Part shown: positions 12,485 through 24,721 of the stretch, in pieces | Layout of the letters: each line of letters begins with the position of its first letter | Position numbering within the stretch: the first letter of the stretch is position 1 | Source: Bilabrum cf. latius | Lineage: Eukaryota | Reading direction: 5' to 3' | Length of the DNA stretch: 64,000 nt | NCBI GenBank assembly: GCA_965178125.1 | Contig: OZ237745.1 | Location: forward strand, 620,001 to 684,000 | Made by a program: the position numbers and the translations under genes | The notes under the pieces: model-generated | What the model was told of the DNA's origin: nothing | The model's database searches: none | The model's input: the letters and a program-made list of their open reading frames with translations, nothing else

Positions 12485-14743
12485 ATGTGCATGCAATATT
12501 TTACCTTCAAGTCTTTGTTTGATCTGCCGCGGTCAACGTCCAAGGGAGGGGACTTGGGGACACACGTGTACCTGACACGTCTCGAAATCTTATGGGTTCT
12601 TGCTGCTGCTTATTTCTTGTACAAGCCCAGTGGGCCATCGTCTGTGTGGGTACTCACAGGTTTTGGTTGGTTTTTCTTCGGCGGGGCTTGGCGTTGGCAG
12701 ATGTACCCGCTGTCGCTAGCTAGTCTAGCGCTAACGCCAGGCCTCGTACTGGCAGAAGACTTTTTTGCAGTTGAGCTGGCCGGGCAGGCTCTTTGGCTCG
12801 CTGCGGGGATATGCCTGATGCTTACTTTAGTCTTCTGCGCATTTATCCCAGTTGCACGACTTCCCGAGCCCAGCGGGCCCTTCAAAGAGATCGTTCGTCA
12901 CAACGCGTTCATGGCAGACGACGAGTCCGGGTGCGTCGCGAGCGTCATGTACCCCGCAAGAACCCAGTGGAGAGACAGGCAGCGAGCGTCGTACTACCGA
13001 AAAACGTACCAGCAAGCGCAGGGCATCGCATGGTACTTGCGGCACCGCATGATGGGAATCAACGTGGTGCCATCGTTCGCATTCAACTTCAGCGTGCACG
13101 CGGGCAGCAACCTGTGGGACGAGCCGTACTGCGCGTAGGACGAGCGAGCCCTCTTTCGTGTGGGTGCAAAGGACATGTACGACTCGACCACCGCGGGCTC
13201 TCGCACCCGAAGGCGCCTCCCGGGAGAGTCACCCGGCCTTCCACTCGTCATCCTGTCCCACGGGCTGGGTGGGTGCCCCGCCCTATACACGGTCCTGGCG
13301 CAGGAACTGGCTAGCGAGGGCTTCATCGTGATCGCCCCAGAGCACCGCGACGGCTCCTGCTGCTTCACAGCGCTCCCCGTCAAGTTCAAGACGCAGATGT
13401 ACTACGCGCACGTGGACGACATCGAAGGCGTGAAAGGAAACCCCGATGCCTTCTACGCTACTCGGCGGAGCCAGTTGCAGACCAGGGTGGAGGAGGTGCT
13501 CATGCTGGTGGACAGCGCCCGCGCCTACTCACTCGAGGGCATGGACGAAGAAGAGGAGGGCAAGGTACCGAGGGTGCCCGCGGGTATGGCCACCCCGTCC
13601 GGGTCGTCCGCACTGACGACTTCGTCGGCGACAGGAGAGAAGGACACGAAGAGGAAGACGGTGAGCGTCAGAACTCGCACGGGCAAGCACGGCAGGCAGA
13701 GCGCCTCTGCCAAGGCGGCCACAGCGGCCAGCGAGGAGCAGCAGTCGGCCAAGGAGCGACGCAAGGCGGTGGACAAAGTAGTCATGACCACGGAGCTGGC
13801 CATGGTCAAAGAGATGCTCAAGCGATTCGTGGACGTGTCTAGGGTTGCCATCGTGGGCCACAGCTTCGGTGGCGCCACCGCACTGGAGGCAGCCGCCGCC
13901 CGGCCCGGCGTCTTCAAGGCCGTGGTGGCCCTTGACACATGGACCAGGCCGCTGGCGAGAGATACCGTCGAGAAGGGCATCCCGCACACGCCCGTGCTGT
14001 CCATCACGTGTCCCCACTTCGAGGAGCCCTTCAACGGCCCGGCCCTTGGGCTGCTGCTAGACGCCGAGTACAGGGAGAGGCACGCGGGCCAGGGAACAGA
14101 GCAGGCCGCGGCAGAGGCGCTGAAGCCGCTCGCGCAGAAGGGCGTGTTCGACCGCAAGTCGGGCAAGGGTAAGAAGAAGAAGAAAAAGAAGAAGGGAAAG
14201 TCGTCCAAGAAGGATAAGAAGGAAGGCGCCGAGGCAGCAGCCGCCCCTGGCGAGGCAGACGAGGGAGAGGAAGAAGAAGAGGCAAAGGCAGTGGACATGG
14301 TCAAGGTTCTCAAGCAGAGGAGGCAGCGATGCAACGGAGTGGTCACCGAGGAGGGAACAATCGCCCAGGTGGCCCGACTGGACCCCTCCTCTGCCAGGAC
14401 TGGGGTGCACCCAAAGTCACAGATGCTCACTGTTGAGCCGGCCACGCACCAGAGCTTTTCCGACGTCGTGTCGCTGGTGGGGCCGCTGATGGCTTCCTAG
14501 GGGGTGGGGCCTAAGGGTGCAAACCCGGGGGCGGTGCTCAAGGCGATATCGAGGAAGACGATCGAGTTCCTGCGGGAGCACCTTGAGCTCCCCACCCCGG
14601 CCGCACCGGTTGCCGGCCAGAACGGCTGGACGGAGAGCGAGGTATAGGGCGCCTTGCGGGAGGTGGACGGGGTATCGTTCCGCAAGTTTAGGGCAGATGA
14701 TATGCCGGGAGCTCGCGCGAGCGGCGGTGGACCGGGGGAGTGA
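12485..14743 (+). CDS. Platelet-activating-factor acetylhydrolase (PAF-AH II / Lp-PLA2)-family alpha/beta hydrolase with N-terminal hydrophobic segments, 752 aa (3 in-frame TAG)
   Basis: CACCATG at 12485; one frame to TGA 14741-14743; TAG at 13136, 14498, 14645. Motifs LPEPSGPF, LVILSHGLGG..Y, APEHRDGS, GHSFGGAT (nucleophile elbow), LDTW, HQSFSD. The C-terminal helix ISRKTIEFLREHL lies after TAG 14498. Confidence 0.9.
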
Positions 14744-14874
14744 TTGTTGCATGTCTTGCAAGCGAGGGCCAAGGAGCGCCTCTCGGACCCTGCCTAGGGC
14801 AGCTGAGTACCGCGGCAGTCGTCCCGTCGAGATCGCCCATGTCTGTCGTTTGATGACGGATCTTAAAAATTCTG

Positions 14875-14880
14875 AATAAA
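14875..14880 (+). promoter_or_regulatory. Candidate AATAAA polyadenylation signal for the PAF-AH gene
   Basis: AATAAA in a locally AT-rich patch about 130 nt after the TGA; motif only. Confidence 0.3.
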
Positions 14881-14966
14881 ACACTTGTCGTAGCAAGACA
14901 TGCAGATCAATGCTCGCCAGTTAACAGCCAAAGCTTCTATTGAAGGTTCCACCCGCCGCCAAGCGG

Positions 14967-17900
14967 ATGGCACCGTCGTGTTATCGTTCCGTGCATTGCT
15001 ATCCCTTGCAAGGAGCTTTAAAGCACGGAAGTCATTTGAATAGCTCTGCTGCACCGACGTTTCAACCTCTGCACGCGCTAGAAAATTACAATCTTACCTC
15101 GATACACGAAATTGGACTTAATGGACTCTCAGAGCTGTGTGGACTCAACCCAGCATTCTATGAATTTCAGTCCACCTTGTTCGGCAGGAGCCTACTCGAC
15201 AAAGACAGGGAACTCCTTGATTCGGCAGAGATTAGCAAGATCTCTGCCATAATCGACAAGTTTCTTCATTTGTTGTCTCCTTATTTTGCAACAAGGCCCG
15301 CCCAGAAGGCATTAGAATTCCTAGTCAGGCATTTCAAGTGAGTTCCATGTTAAAGGTCTGGGCGCTGCTCCCGCCGTGCCATCGAATGCCTCTTGATGCC
15401 CATGCTCAGTAACGAAGCACGCCACAACGTCTTTTGTTCCACTTTCGTATTGCAGGGTGCAAGAGTTCCATGTAGACTCGCTGTTGTCATGCGCCTTACC
15501 AGCTCACGACACGAGGTTTTTTGCAAGGATTGCAAACCTTGCCCCCTTGAAGAATACGCGGTGGCAGTTCCTGGCTAGAATATCTCGGACCGGAAGCCCT
15601 CTCCCAAGAGCGGTGCTTGCGCTACAGTGCGTTAAGGACCCTTCAGTGTTGCAATTTGTGCTAGATTTGGCTACCAACTAGGAGCGGAAGCCTCACCGAA
15701 CAACCGTCTCCTTCGTGGCTGCCACTGCGCGAGATGCTCTAGCGAGGGCTTCACCAGAGCAGATGGAGCCAGTGCTAGCATCCGTGTCTCGCTGCATCGC
15801 GAAGACAAGCACCTCAGAGTCCGCAGAGGTCCGCGCTCTGTGCCTCGTTCTCATCGCCAGTGCGTCCTCTGCCGCGCGACTCTCCGAAGACACGATGGGC
15901 GCCCTCCTGAGGGCATGGACAGAGGTGGCTGCCAGGGCGACAGCAGCATCCTCCGCGGAGAAGTAGATGGAATGCGCCGCGGCTCTGGCCAGCGCCCTGG
16001 CCTCGCAAGACGCGCTGGCGCTCAGGTCCAGGAGCAAGCGGGCTGCAAGGGCCGAGCCAGTGGGGCAGGCTGCGCTAGAGGGATTCGCGGCTGGGCAGCA
16101 GCACGCCGCTGCCCTGCCTAGTCTTCCGAAAAAGGCGGCTTCCAGCGGATCAGGAGCAAACTCTGCATCCATGTCAGCCTCGTCCAATCGATTGAGGGCC
16201 ACCGATGCGGCCGAGTACAGCGGTGCCATGGGGCGGTTTGCCTCCAGGGTAAGCAGCTTAACCTGGATAGGAGGCGCACTGTAGCGCCTATCAAGAACCT
16301 CGGACGTGTCTGCTGTCGTGAGGCATGCGCTCGGGGACGCCGTTCAGGGCTTGGGCCACCGACCTGGCTAGGAAGAGGTGCTGGCCGGGCTCGTGAAGAT
16401 GCTAGCGGGCGTGTCTGTATCCGATGCTATAGTTGCTGAGCTTATTGGTCTCGTAGTTGGTATGGCGAGCAGTCTGCTGCGTGGTAGTTCATCCGGCATC
16501 GCGCCTTCCTCTTCTGTGGGTGAGGATCTCGCCGCGCTTGGAGCCACTCTGCCGATGCTAGCTCTCCTGTCGCAAGCAGGGGCGCAGGTGTCGCTGCAGC
16601 TGTGCATGCGGCTTGTGCATCGCCAGGAAGAGGGCGTGCCAAAGGCGTTGCTCGACTGGATGCAAAATTATCTGAAGGCGAGTCCGTTGGCCCCCTTGCG
16701 AGCCGGCGTGCAGTCCGCGTCTGGCTCAGAGTCGTCGACAAGCTACCTTGATGTCACCACGCTTCCATACGCGCTGACGAGCAGCGATGTACAGGTGCGT
16801 CTTGATGCTATCAAGAAGCTTGCCGAGCTGGTCGACGAGACGGTACAGCGCAGCGAAATAGCTGCAGCCGGCTCGGCTGCGATGACTGACAGTGAGGATG
16901 AGGAGGACAGCAGGAGAGGCGGCCCACATGGTAGCAGTGCCCGCACCCAGAGCAATTCATTCATGCGTAGCGCCGTGGCTTTGAGACAGTTTGACGAAGA
17001 TGCTTCCGTTGCACGACAGGCGCTTGACCTTGAGACCAAGATGATCCTAGCTGGGGCGGGGCATGCGGCCGATGTGCACGAGGCTGGAGTATCCATTGGG
17101 CAGCACGATATCGTGCTCGATGGCACGCCAGGCGTGGCTGTGTCAAGGTTCTCCAAGGTTGAGCAGTATTGGCAGAGAGTTGCAACATCGCAGGCCAGCA
17201 GTAGCGAGGAAGTTATTGCCGCCAATGAAGCGGTGTAGGCAAGCTTGCGTGCGTGCGGGGCAGTTGCTCGTTCCGCTGCAGATGCTGCCTCCAAGTCGAT
17301 GGCAGTCATGGTCTTGCTGAATCACGTCCCCGTTGGCACAGAAACTCCATCTGTTGTTGATGCGGAGGCCCTAAAGCAGCTGGTTGCCGCCTCCTCGAGG
17401 TTCCCACCTCTGCGGTATCTCGCAGGTATTCCGTCTGAATCCAGCTCAGACCTACCGAAGGTAAGATAGCGCATACATTCCGTTTGCGTGGTTAAGTTGG
17501 CCTCGTGGTTGACAGCCTGGTTTCTGATGATTACACCCTAGTCTCGTTCGTCTGAGTTGGGGGCACAGACCCTCACGCCGAAGACAAACCCTAATATCGG
17601 AAATACTTTATGAAGAAAGCAGGCGGTCCATATTTGTTGCAAGATTGGAGCCAGTGCGTTATCTTGATGCTGTTACTACCACCAACGACTTTGTTGCCAT
17701 CGTTCGAACATATCTCGCAGGATGTGGCAAAGCAGCTCGTGCGAGCGTGCTCGCGGGCAGCTTCGGAGCCAGCCGAACAGGGCCAGACTCTAGCCCTGCT
17801 CAAGGCAATGGGAGCCTCACCCTCGCCTCGCCTGCGCTGGATCAGCGCGCTCGTGTTTGTGGAGGGTATCCGAATGGCTGGTGCGGCAGCAAACGCGCTG

Positions 17901-20900
17901 GCAGGATCGGCTGCGTCTATCATGTGGCCGCGCCCTATCGACGGTGAGGCGTCCTCCCGCAAGGCTGCCAGGAGAAGGAGCCGCTCTGCCTCCATGTCCT
18001 CGGTGGGGAGTGCGGGTGCACTGGAGTCAGCGGAAGCTACCGCTGACGCCAGGTCTGCTGAAGGTCGCAGCGCCGTAGAAGCTGCGGCCAAGCTAGCCCT
18101 CACATCGGCGCCTGTATTTGCTCGGCTTGTGTCGCAAAGAACCGACCACAGGGTCAGCTCTGTAATCGACTTGCTCGCTATAGCAGAGCATGACCTGGCC
18201 CTCAGCCCGCACGATGCGCCTGATGTGGAGTCCAAGCAGGAGCGGGCGTCAGGTGTCACTGCAAGGGCCCAGCTGGCTGTGCAAGGTGTCGTGCTGACGT
18301 CACGCCTGCTCGAGAGCTGCGTGAGATGGGCGGCAGCCCAGACGACATCTTCAAAGGGAGATATTGCGGTCGAAGTCACCCGGCGCGTCGTGCATGCGAT
18401 GCAGGGCGAGCTCAGCCCTGAGGCAAATGTGCTCGATACCGCCACCCTGGCCTACTGCAAGACCATCAGTTTCGGTCTTCGGTGCATCGGAATGGGTATG
18501 GACGGGTCTGTTGCAGGTAAAAACACAGAGCTTACGAGTGTAGCTAGCTATGTGGGTGCATCATTGTGCCTCAAGTCGTCATCAACAGCCCTAGCAAATG
18601 GCAGCCTCACGGCCACGCCGCCATTTGCAGCCCTGTTGGCCACTCTGGTAGCGCCTTTAAGCCGGAGTTCGGGTGCAACCGAAGCAGCCCTGCAGGTGCT
18701 GTGCGTCCATGCCGTTGATGCCGTTGGGCACGTGCGAACAGCAAGCCAGCATGCAGAAGGAAAGAAGTGCCTGCTTGAATTCGCCGACAGGTACCGTGCG
18801 TGCTTGGCGCCATGCTTGCTGATGGGATTCGTGTGTCTCTAGCATGCAAGCTCTGGGGTGCGATCTGCGGCGTTGCGCTTGCTTGGGGCCAGCTCAAAGC
18901 TGCACAAAGCTGTACTGAAGGCAAGCTCAGACGGGAGCAGCAAATCAGATGGAGTCGAAGGGCACGTTGCGGTTGCATCTGCCCATCAGCTAGAGGCTTC
19001 TGTCCCTGCGTTGGAGGCTCAGGTCATCACGCTGTTTTGTGGGAGATCATCAGCCGCCAGCGAAGACGCTGAATCACGGAGAGCTGCTGTGGCACGAGCT
19101 GGCGGATACTCAACCCATCTGGCCTGGCTAGGTAAGAGCCTAGCGCAGAAGTACGCGTCGTAGATTGTTGCCGCGGCCTCAGCATCATCTGCCTGTGTGG
19201 CCGACCTGTGCTCAAGCGTGCAGATCCAGTAGCGGGCCAGGTGTGCTGTGACTTTGATGCACGCGGCGCATGGGGCCCTGCACAGCGCGCCCATGGCCGC
19301 AGTCTCCTTGATTAGGGTAGCACTTTCCAGCGCCGCCCCCATGGGCTACGGTAGCCCGACCTACGAGAGATCGTACGCCAGTGATGCAATCGGCACGTGC
19401 GGGGTAGCCCTGCTCCGACCTGCCGCTGCCATTGTCGCCGAGCTTGTTGGAGACGCATCGGTGCACGGCTCTCTGTCAGAGCCTGCTGTCCTGTTGCTGC
19501 ATAGGTCCCTTGCTGTCGTGCGAGCTGCCGCAAGCCGGGCTGATGACAGCGACGTCTCCAAGCATTTGAGGTCGTTCGGGGTGCGAGTGCTCATGCACGC
19601 TGCTACGGTTGCTCCGTTTGAGATCGTCTCGTTTTCATCCGTTGCTGACTTTGCCAAGGCTCGTGACTTTGGCAAGATTGCTGCCGAAGGTCGGGTGGCC
19701 GCGATCGAGGTACGCGCAATGTTTGCCAAGCATGGTGTGCTCAGCAACTTGGCTCAGCCGGCGGCCTTCAATGCCCTAGCCAAAGCAAGGCACTTCGCGT
19801 CCCATGGTGCGCGAGCCGTGCACGCTTTATCGGAAGCCAATATAGGCCCAGGCCGCCGCGCGCCCCTGTTGCCTAGTGTGGTTGCCAGCCTACCAGACCA
19901 AAGCAACGGATCAGAAAGCGAATCCCTGGCCGGGCCCGCCGTATCCGGCTCGAGCTCCAGCGAGGATGAGCTACAGGCAAGCATGGCTGCTGATGAAGCG
20001 ACCTATAGCTACCCCTTGGTCATGCCAATCAATACTGAAGCTTACAACAAAGGAATGCCACCGACGTGCCGTGACGAGATGGTGCAGCGCCTCGTCTTCG
20101 TTGCAATGCGAGGCCCCGACAAGAGCACGAGAGCTGCCATCGCTGGCCTGCGACGGCTTGGGGCGGGAGCGGCCTCTCTGAGCTTGGCCCTCTCTGCCTT
20201 GGGGTTAGCCAGAGTGGGTGATGGCCACTCCGCAGTACTAGCTAGTCCTGAACTTGCCGGCGAAGGTTCCGATGTCTTGCAAATGTACCTGCAGTCGGTA
20301 TCCAGCCTTCTCTCTGTTGTTGTGGCTTGCCTTGATGCTGACGAGTGCGACGAGAGCGAAGGCGAATGGGACACGCTCCTGCCCCAGGTCCAAGGGCTAT
20401 TGGCAAGGTGCCTCTTCCATAGCTGGGCGTCCTCGGATCGAGAGGCGAAGCTGGAAAGCCTGTCTCCAACTGTGGACCCAGCCGAGAGGGCTACTCTAAC
20501 GAGCAGGAGTGGAAGAACTGCCCAATCAGTGGGTGATGCGCAGCACGTTGCGCTGCTTGCGCTGACTGTTCTATACCGAATCAGCCAGCAAATGGAGTCG
20601 GACAGAGATGCGTGCTCAGTCATCGACGTTGCCTTGGTCGAGGCTTGGGCGCATGACACCAACCCCTCATTGCAACGGGCTGCCCTCCTGCTGCTCAGTG
20701 CATACGCTAGACTGAAGCCAGTCGAGGTGCTCAACCGCCTGATGGCAGTCTTCGCCGAGCTTGCGATCCGCAACATGGGTAGCGACGATCCGTTAGGCTT
20801 TGCCATGGCGCAGAAGATGCTCTCACACGTGCTGCCTACGGTTGTGGCTCACGGTGAATTGGTCGGGATCAGTGCCTCGCATGTGGTGAGGCTCTTCTCA

Positions 20901-23900
20901 TCTCTGATAGGTATCGTCCCGGTGCACCGCAGGCAGCCTCTCTTTGCAGCCCTGCTAGAATCCCTGGGAGTCGCAGAAAAGGAGAAGAAGTCGGTAGGAT
21001 TGGTCTCTGATGGTTCGGAGGCCGAGAAAGGAAGCCTGTCTCCTGCCGACGGTGAAGATGCGCGCGTGGATCTCGATGGCATGCTGGATGGCAAGGCCAA
21101 GTACGCCAGCGTGGCTGCTGCCCTGCTCCTGTCGGGCTATGTGACGCGTCAGGACTCCTCGACCGAAGTGAGGAGAACTGGCTGGCGGCAGCTCTCCCTG
21201 GAGGACGCGGGGCGAGAGGCCCTCAGCTATGTTGAAGACGACACGTTCGAAGCCGATGAACACATGCTCTTTGGGGCTGTGCAGCAGGCTGTGTAGCCCT
21301 CTGATGGTAAGCCGATTCCGGTGCAGGCGTTCACAGGACCCCCCAGGCTGGTGCCCAGGACACTGGCTGCCCTTGGCTCTGATCTATACGACGAAGAGGG
21401 CACGCTGGCGCAGGCTGTGTTCCTTGCTGGCGCTGATGCCGCCATCAACGCTAGGCTGCCGTCAACGCTTGAGCTGTGTCGCTCCTTGCTTGGTCGCAGC
21501 AGTGCCGAGAGGCAGGTCCTGCAGCTGGCGCAGCTCACAGGCATTGCATCTGCCGTGCTCGACGCGTCCTCTTCAACAGTATCGGATGGGGTGGCTAAGG
21601 AAGGCAAAGATGCCGGGGGCGATGATGATGATGATGAGAGCAGCGAGAAGCTGGGCCCGGTATCCCAGGACTGCGTGGATGTATTGCAGGCGTGCGTGCC
21701 GACAGGGGCCTTCGCCGCGAGTCTTGTGGGCCAAGGACCGGTAGCAGGCGGCCCGGCGGACATGGAGGCCGACGACGAGAAGGTCGGCGGCTCTGGCATG
21801 TATGCCGCTGCCTCGGAGCCGCAGATGCTCGCGGTGGGGCTTAGCCTGGCTCGGTTTGCCGCCGCCCATCTGTCTACCCCGCAGTTCCTGGCTCAGTGCG
21901 CCGCCAAGGGCAGAGCTGGGGGGCGATAGGGCGAGGCGCTTCAGGAGGCCTTCCTGCTGCTCTGCCAGGCAACCTTCCGCTTGCTGCGGAGGCAGGCGGT
22001 GGGGCAGGAGGAGGCTGAGCGAGGCCTAAGGTTCGCTCGCAGTCGCGCGAAATCCGCTTCTGGCGATGCCTCCCTGGCCGGGGTGGGGAAATCAATCAGC
22101 GAGGAACTGGGCGAGAGGTATGAGCTGACTGGGGCCGTCAGGAGCTGCCGCAGCGCCGAGGAGGCCGTGGCATTCGCACGAGTGCATGCGTGGCGGGAGG
22201 CGGGGGAGGCTGCGTTTGCAGCCCTTAGCAAGATCGGCCAGCTGCTCAGCGTGGGAGCCTTCGCTGCTGTGGTTTCTGAGCTGCTGCAGCACGAGGACCC
22301 GGTGGTGCGCAGGAGGTCCATTTCCATGTTCAATGCGCACGTGTCTGCTAGGGCAGACAAACTGACCCGGGCAGAGGCCCAGCTGTACCTGCACCTGCTG
22401 GAGGACCTGCTGCCTATGGTCCGCAGCCGGGAGGAGTCCCAGGAGACGAGGCAGACGGCCTTGCTGGCAGTAGAAGTGCTCGCCAGGAACTTCGCGAGCG
22501 AGTTTCCAGTGGCGTTCAGGCCTGCCCTCGAGGCGACTGCAGAGACGATCGACGCTTCTGCTGCGCGGGTCGGCGATGAGCTGCGTGCTGCTGCGTGCGT
22601 GTGTGTGCAGGCGATGGCAGGCCACATGGGTACCTTGGTGATCAGCCACCTGTCCAGAGTCGTGCCGGCGCTGTTGAGCGCCGCGGAGCGGTCGCTTCCT
22701 TCTGCCACCGCCGGTGCTGCAGCAGCGAGTGGTTCCGGTGACGAGGGCAAGGGCGGCGATGACGCTGCTCGTGCCCTGCTCCTGCGATGCTCTCTCGGTG
22801 CGGTGGCTGTCTTCATGGACAAGTTTCCCTAGTTTATGCCTGGATTCCTGGTGCGTGTGCTGGCTACGACGTGCCACCCCGGGGTGGTGTCCCCGCCCGA
22901 CGGTGCTATGGACATTGCATTCGGTGAGGAGCTCGTGGGTGCCATGTCGCAGGGGAGCTCGGGATCTGGACTTCAGGGCAGGATCCTCAAGGCGGTGCGG
23001 GCGCGCCGCGCCCTGGCAGGGACCCAGCAGCGGCTGCAGGAGAGCATGGCCAGGCTGGTGCCCTCGAGGGCGCTGTTGCCTCAGCTGCTCAAAGCACTCA
23101 AGAACAGCCGTGGGGGGGCAGTGGCCACGGTGTGCGGTTGCCTGTCTGCTATCCAGGGAGCCCTCGAAAACGGTCGCCGCGTGGAAGTGAGCGGACTGGC
23201 CCCTAGAATTTCAGAAGGCCTGCTAGATATGCTTGACTACAGGTGGCAGGCAGCGACGGCCGGAGCCTCGCGGCACAGCACCATCGTGGACCGTCAGGTG
23301 GGACGTACACTGGGCGCCCTTATCCTTCGCGTGAGCGGGGACGCTGCAAGGTCGCTTGTTGGGCTGCTGCTGGAGTGGGGCACCGCGGGCTTCGAGGAGC
23401 TCAAGGAGCTGGCCAAAGATGATGAAAAGGCTTTGATCGCTGGAATCGGCCGCCGGACATCAATGTACACGGTGCTGGGTGCCGTTATGCGTGCGGGGCA
23501 GGAGGCCCTCGTCGATGTCATGGGTGATGCGTTCGAGGCTGTCTGCGCGGATCTCCGGGGCTGCTTCGTGCCAGTTCCGCTTGCAGCGCTTGCAAGCGAT
23601 GAGGGTGCTGAGGAGGCACGAGCGGGCCAAAAGCGCGGGCGCAGTTCGGATTCGGACGAGGTCGGAAGCCCTCCGGCCAAGAAGCTGAGAGCGGACGACT
23701 CGTCAGGCAGCGACGCAGACTCGTCAGATGACAGCGACTCAGATAGCGACAGTGACAGCGATGATGACGAGGCGGAGGAGGTGGCTTCCGAGTCTCGGCA
23801 CGCAGACGCGATCACTGACGCGCAGAGCCGCTTTGTAGGCTTCCATGTGGTTGCCCGAAGCGCACCAAGGGGTGTTCGGGCTGCTGCAGCAGCATCAGAG

Positions 23901-24560
23901 ACCAAGAGCACTGTGGATGATGCCGCCTGCCACGACATGGACGGCGGTGTGCTAGTCCCTGCCGTTTCAGCCGGAACGGTCGGAGTGCCGACGTCCAGGC
24001 ACGGGCTTCGCTGCGCTGCGCTGGCCTTCTTGCAGCACCTGCTTGCCTTTGACTCCATGGGCTGGGTGGCGGGCGACAAGATGCGTCTAAGGATGATTGT
24101 GCGCAGCATTGCCGGCGCTTGGGCCCCGCCGTCATCGCGCAAGCGCGGTCTCGAGGATATCCTGGAGTCGTGTGCTTCCGACGCTGCCCAGCCCGCCGCG
24201 ATGGCCGGTGGCCGGCGCGGACTGGCCTCGTACGGCGACCGGTATCTGCTCCCGGTTACCACAGCTATGGTCAAGTGCCTCTCAGGAGACTTGCAGTGGA
24301 AGCAAGTCAACCTCATGGTGCTCGAACACTCACATGACGAGCGGCCGGAGGTGCGCGAGCTGGCGATCAGATGCTCTCAGGTGGTGTTCGACGAGGCCGG
24401 GACGGATGACGTCATGGTTCTCATCCCGGAGACGTTGCCGTTTGTGGCCGAGGCCTTGGAGGATGAAGACGAAGCCGTAGAGGACTCGGCCAGGTCTCTG
24501 TTCAAGCGGCTTGAGGACCTCAGCGATGAGGATCTTGAGGACTTCATCAAGGGGAACTAA
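14967..24560 (+). CDS. UTP10: U3 snoRNA-associated protein 10 / HEATR1 (BAP28), about 3,070 aa; exons ~14967-15337, 15456-17460, 17721-24560; 11 in-frame TAG; true start uncertain
   Basis: N-terminal signature IHEIGLNGLSEL..F..FQSTLF..DRELL..FLHLLSPYF..PAQKALEFLVRHFK|VQEFHVDSLLSCALPAHDTRFFAR. C-terminal signature WKQVN..VL..EVR..LIPETLPFVAEALEDEDEAVE. TAG at 15679, 15964, 16282, 16369, 17236, 18840, 19161, 19230, 21294, 21927, 22830; ends TAA 24558-24560. 14967 is only the first in-frame ATG; a further 5' exon is possible. Confidence 0.9.
15338..15455 (+). other. Spliceosomal intron 1 of UTP10 (118 nt, GT-AG)
   Basis: AA|GTGAGT ... TTTCGTATTGCAG|G. Removal restores the frame and the conserved RHFK-VQEFHVD junction. 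Confidence 0.9.
17461..17720 (+). other. Spliceosomal intron 2 of UTP10 (about 260 nt, GT-AG; acceptor less certain)
   Basis: AAG|GTAAGA donor; frame change plus TAA 17592 and TGA 17611 in an AT-richer stretch; phase-compatible acceptor TATCTCGCAG|GATGTG. An alternative AG at 17654 is also in phase. Confidence 0.7.
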
Positions 24561-24721
24561 GTTTCGTGGGTGGTTTGAGTTGAAGTTGACGAATTCTGAA
24601 ACGATCTTTCAAGGCATCCTTGGATTGTATTTCAGATTCTGGATTCCAGATCCAGGATCCATGATCATTCAAAACAAGCAATGGTGATACCCATAATGAT
24701 TGACTGCTTCCAAGCAGCATT

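Noticed and set aside
15679-22832. TAGs as 3' acceptors of tiny introns
   Set aside because: The frame is preserved across every TAG, flanks read as continuous protein, and there is no consistent GT donor at a fixed distance upstream. The two real introns have clear GTRAG donors and shift the frame.
24631-24668. Imperfect 7-nt repeats (TTCAGATTCTGGATTCCAGATCCAGGATCCATGATC) between convergent genes as a terminator
   Set aside because: Short and degenerate; no evidence of function from sequence alone.
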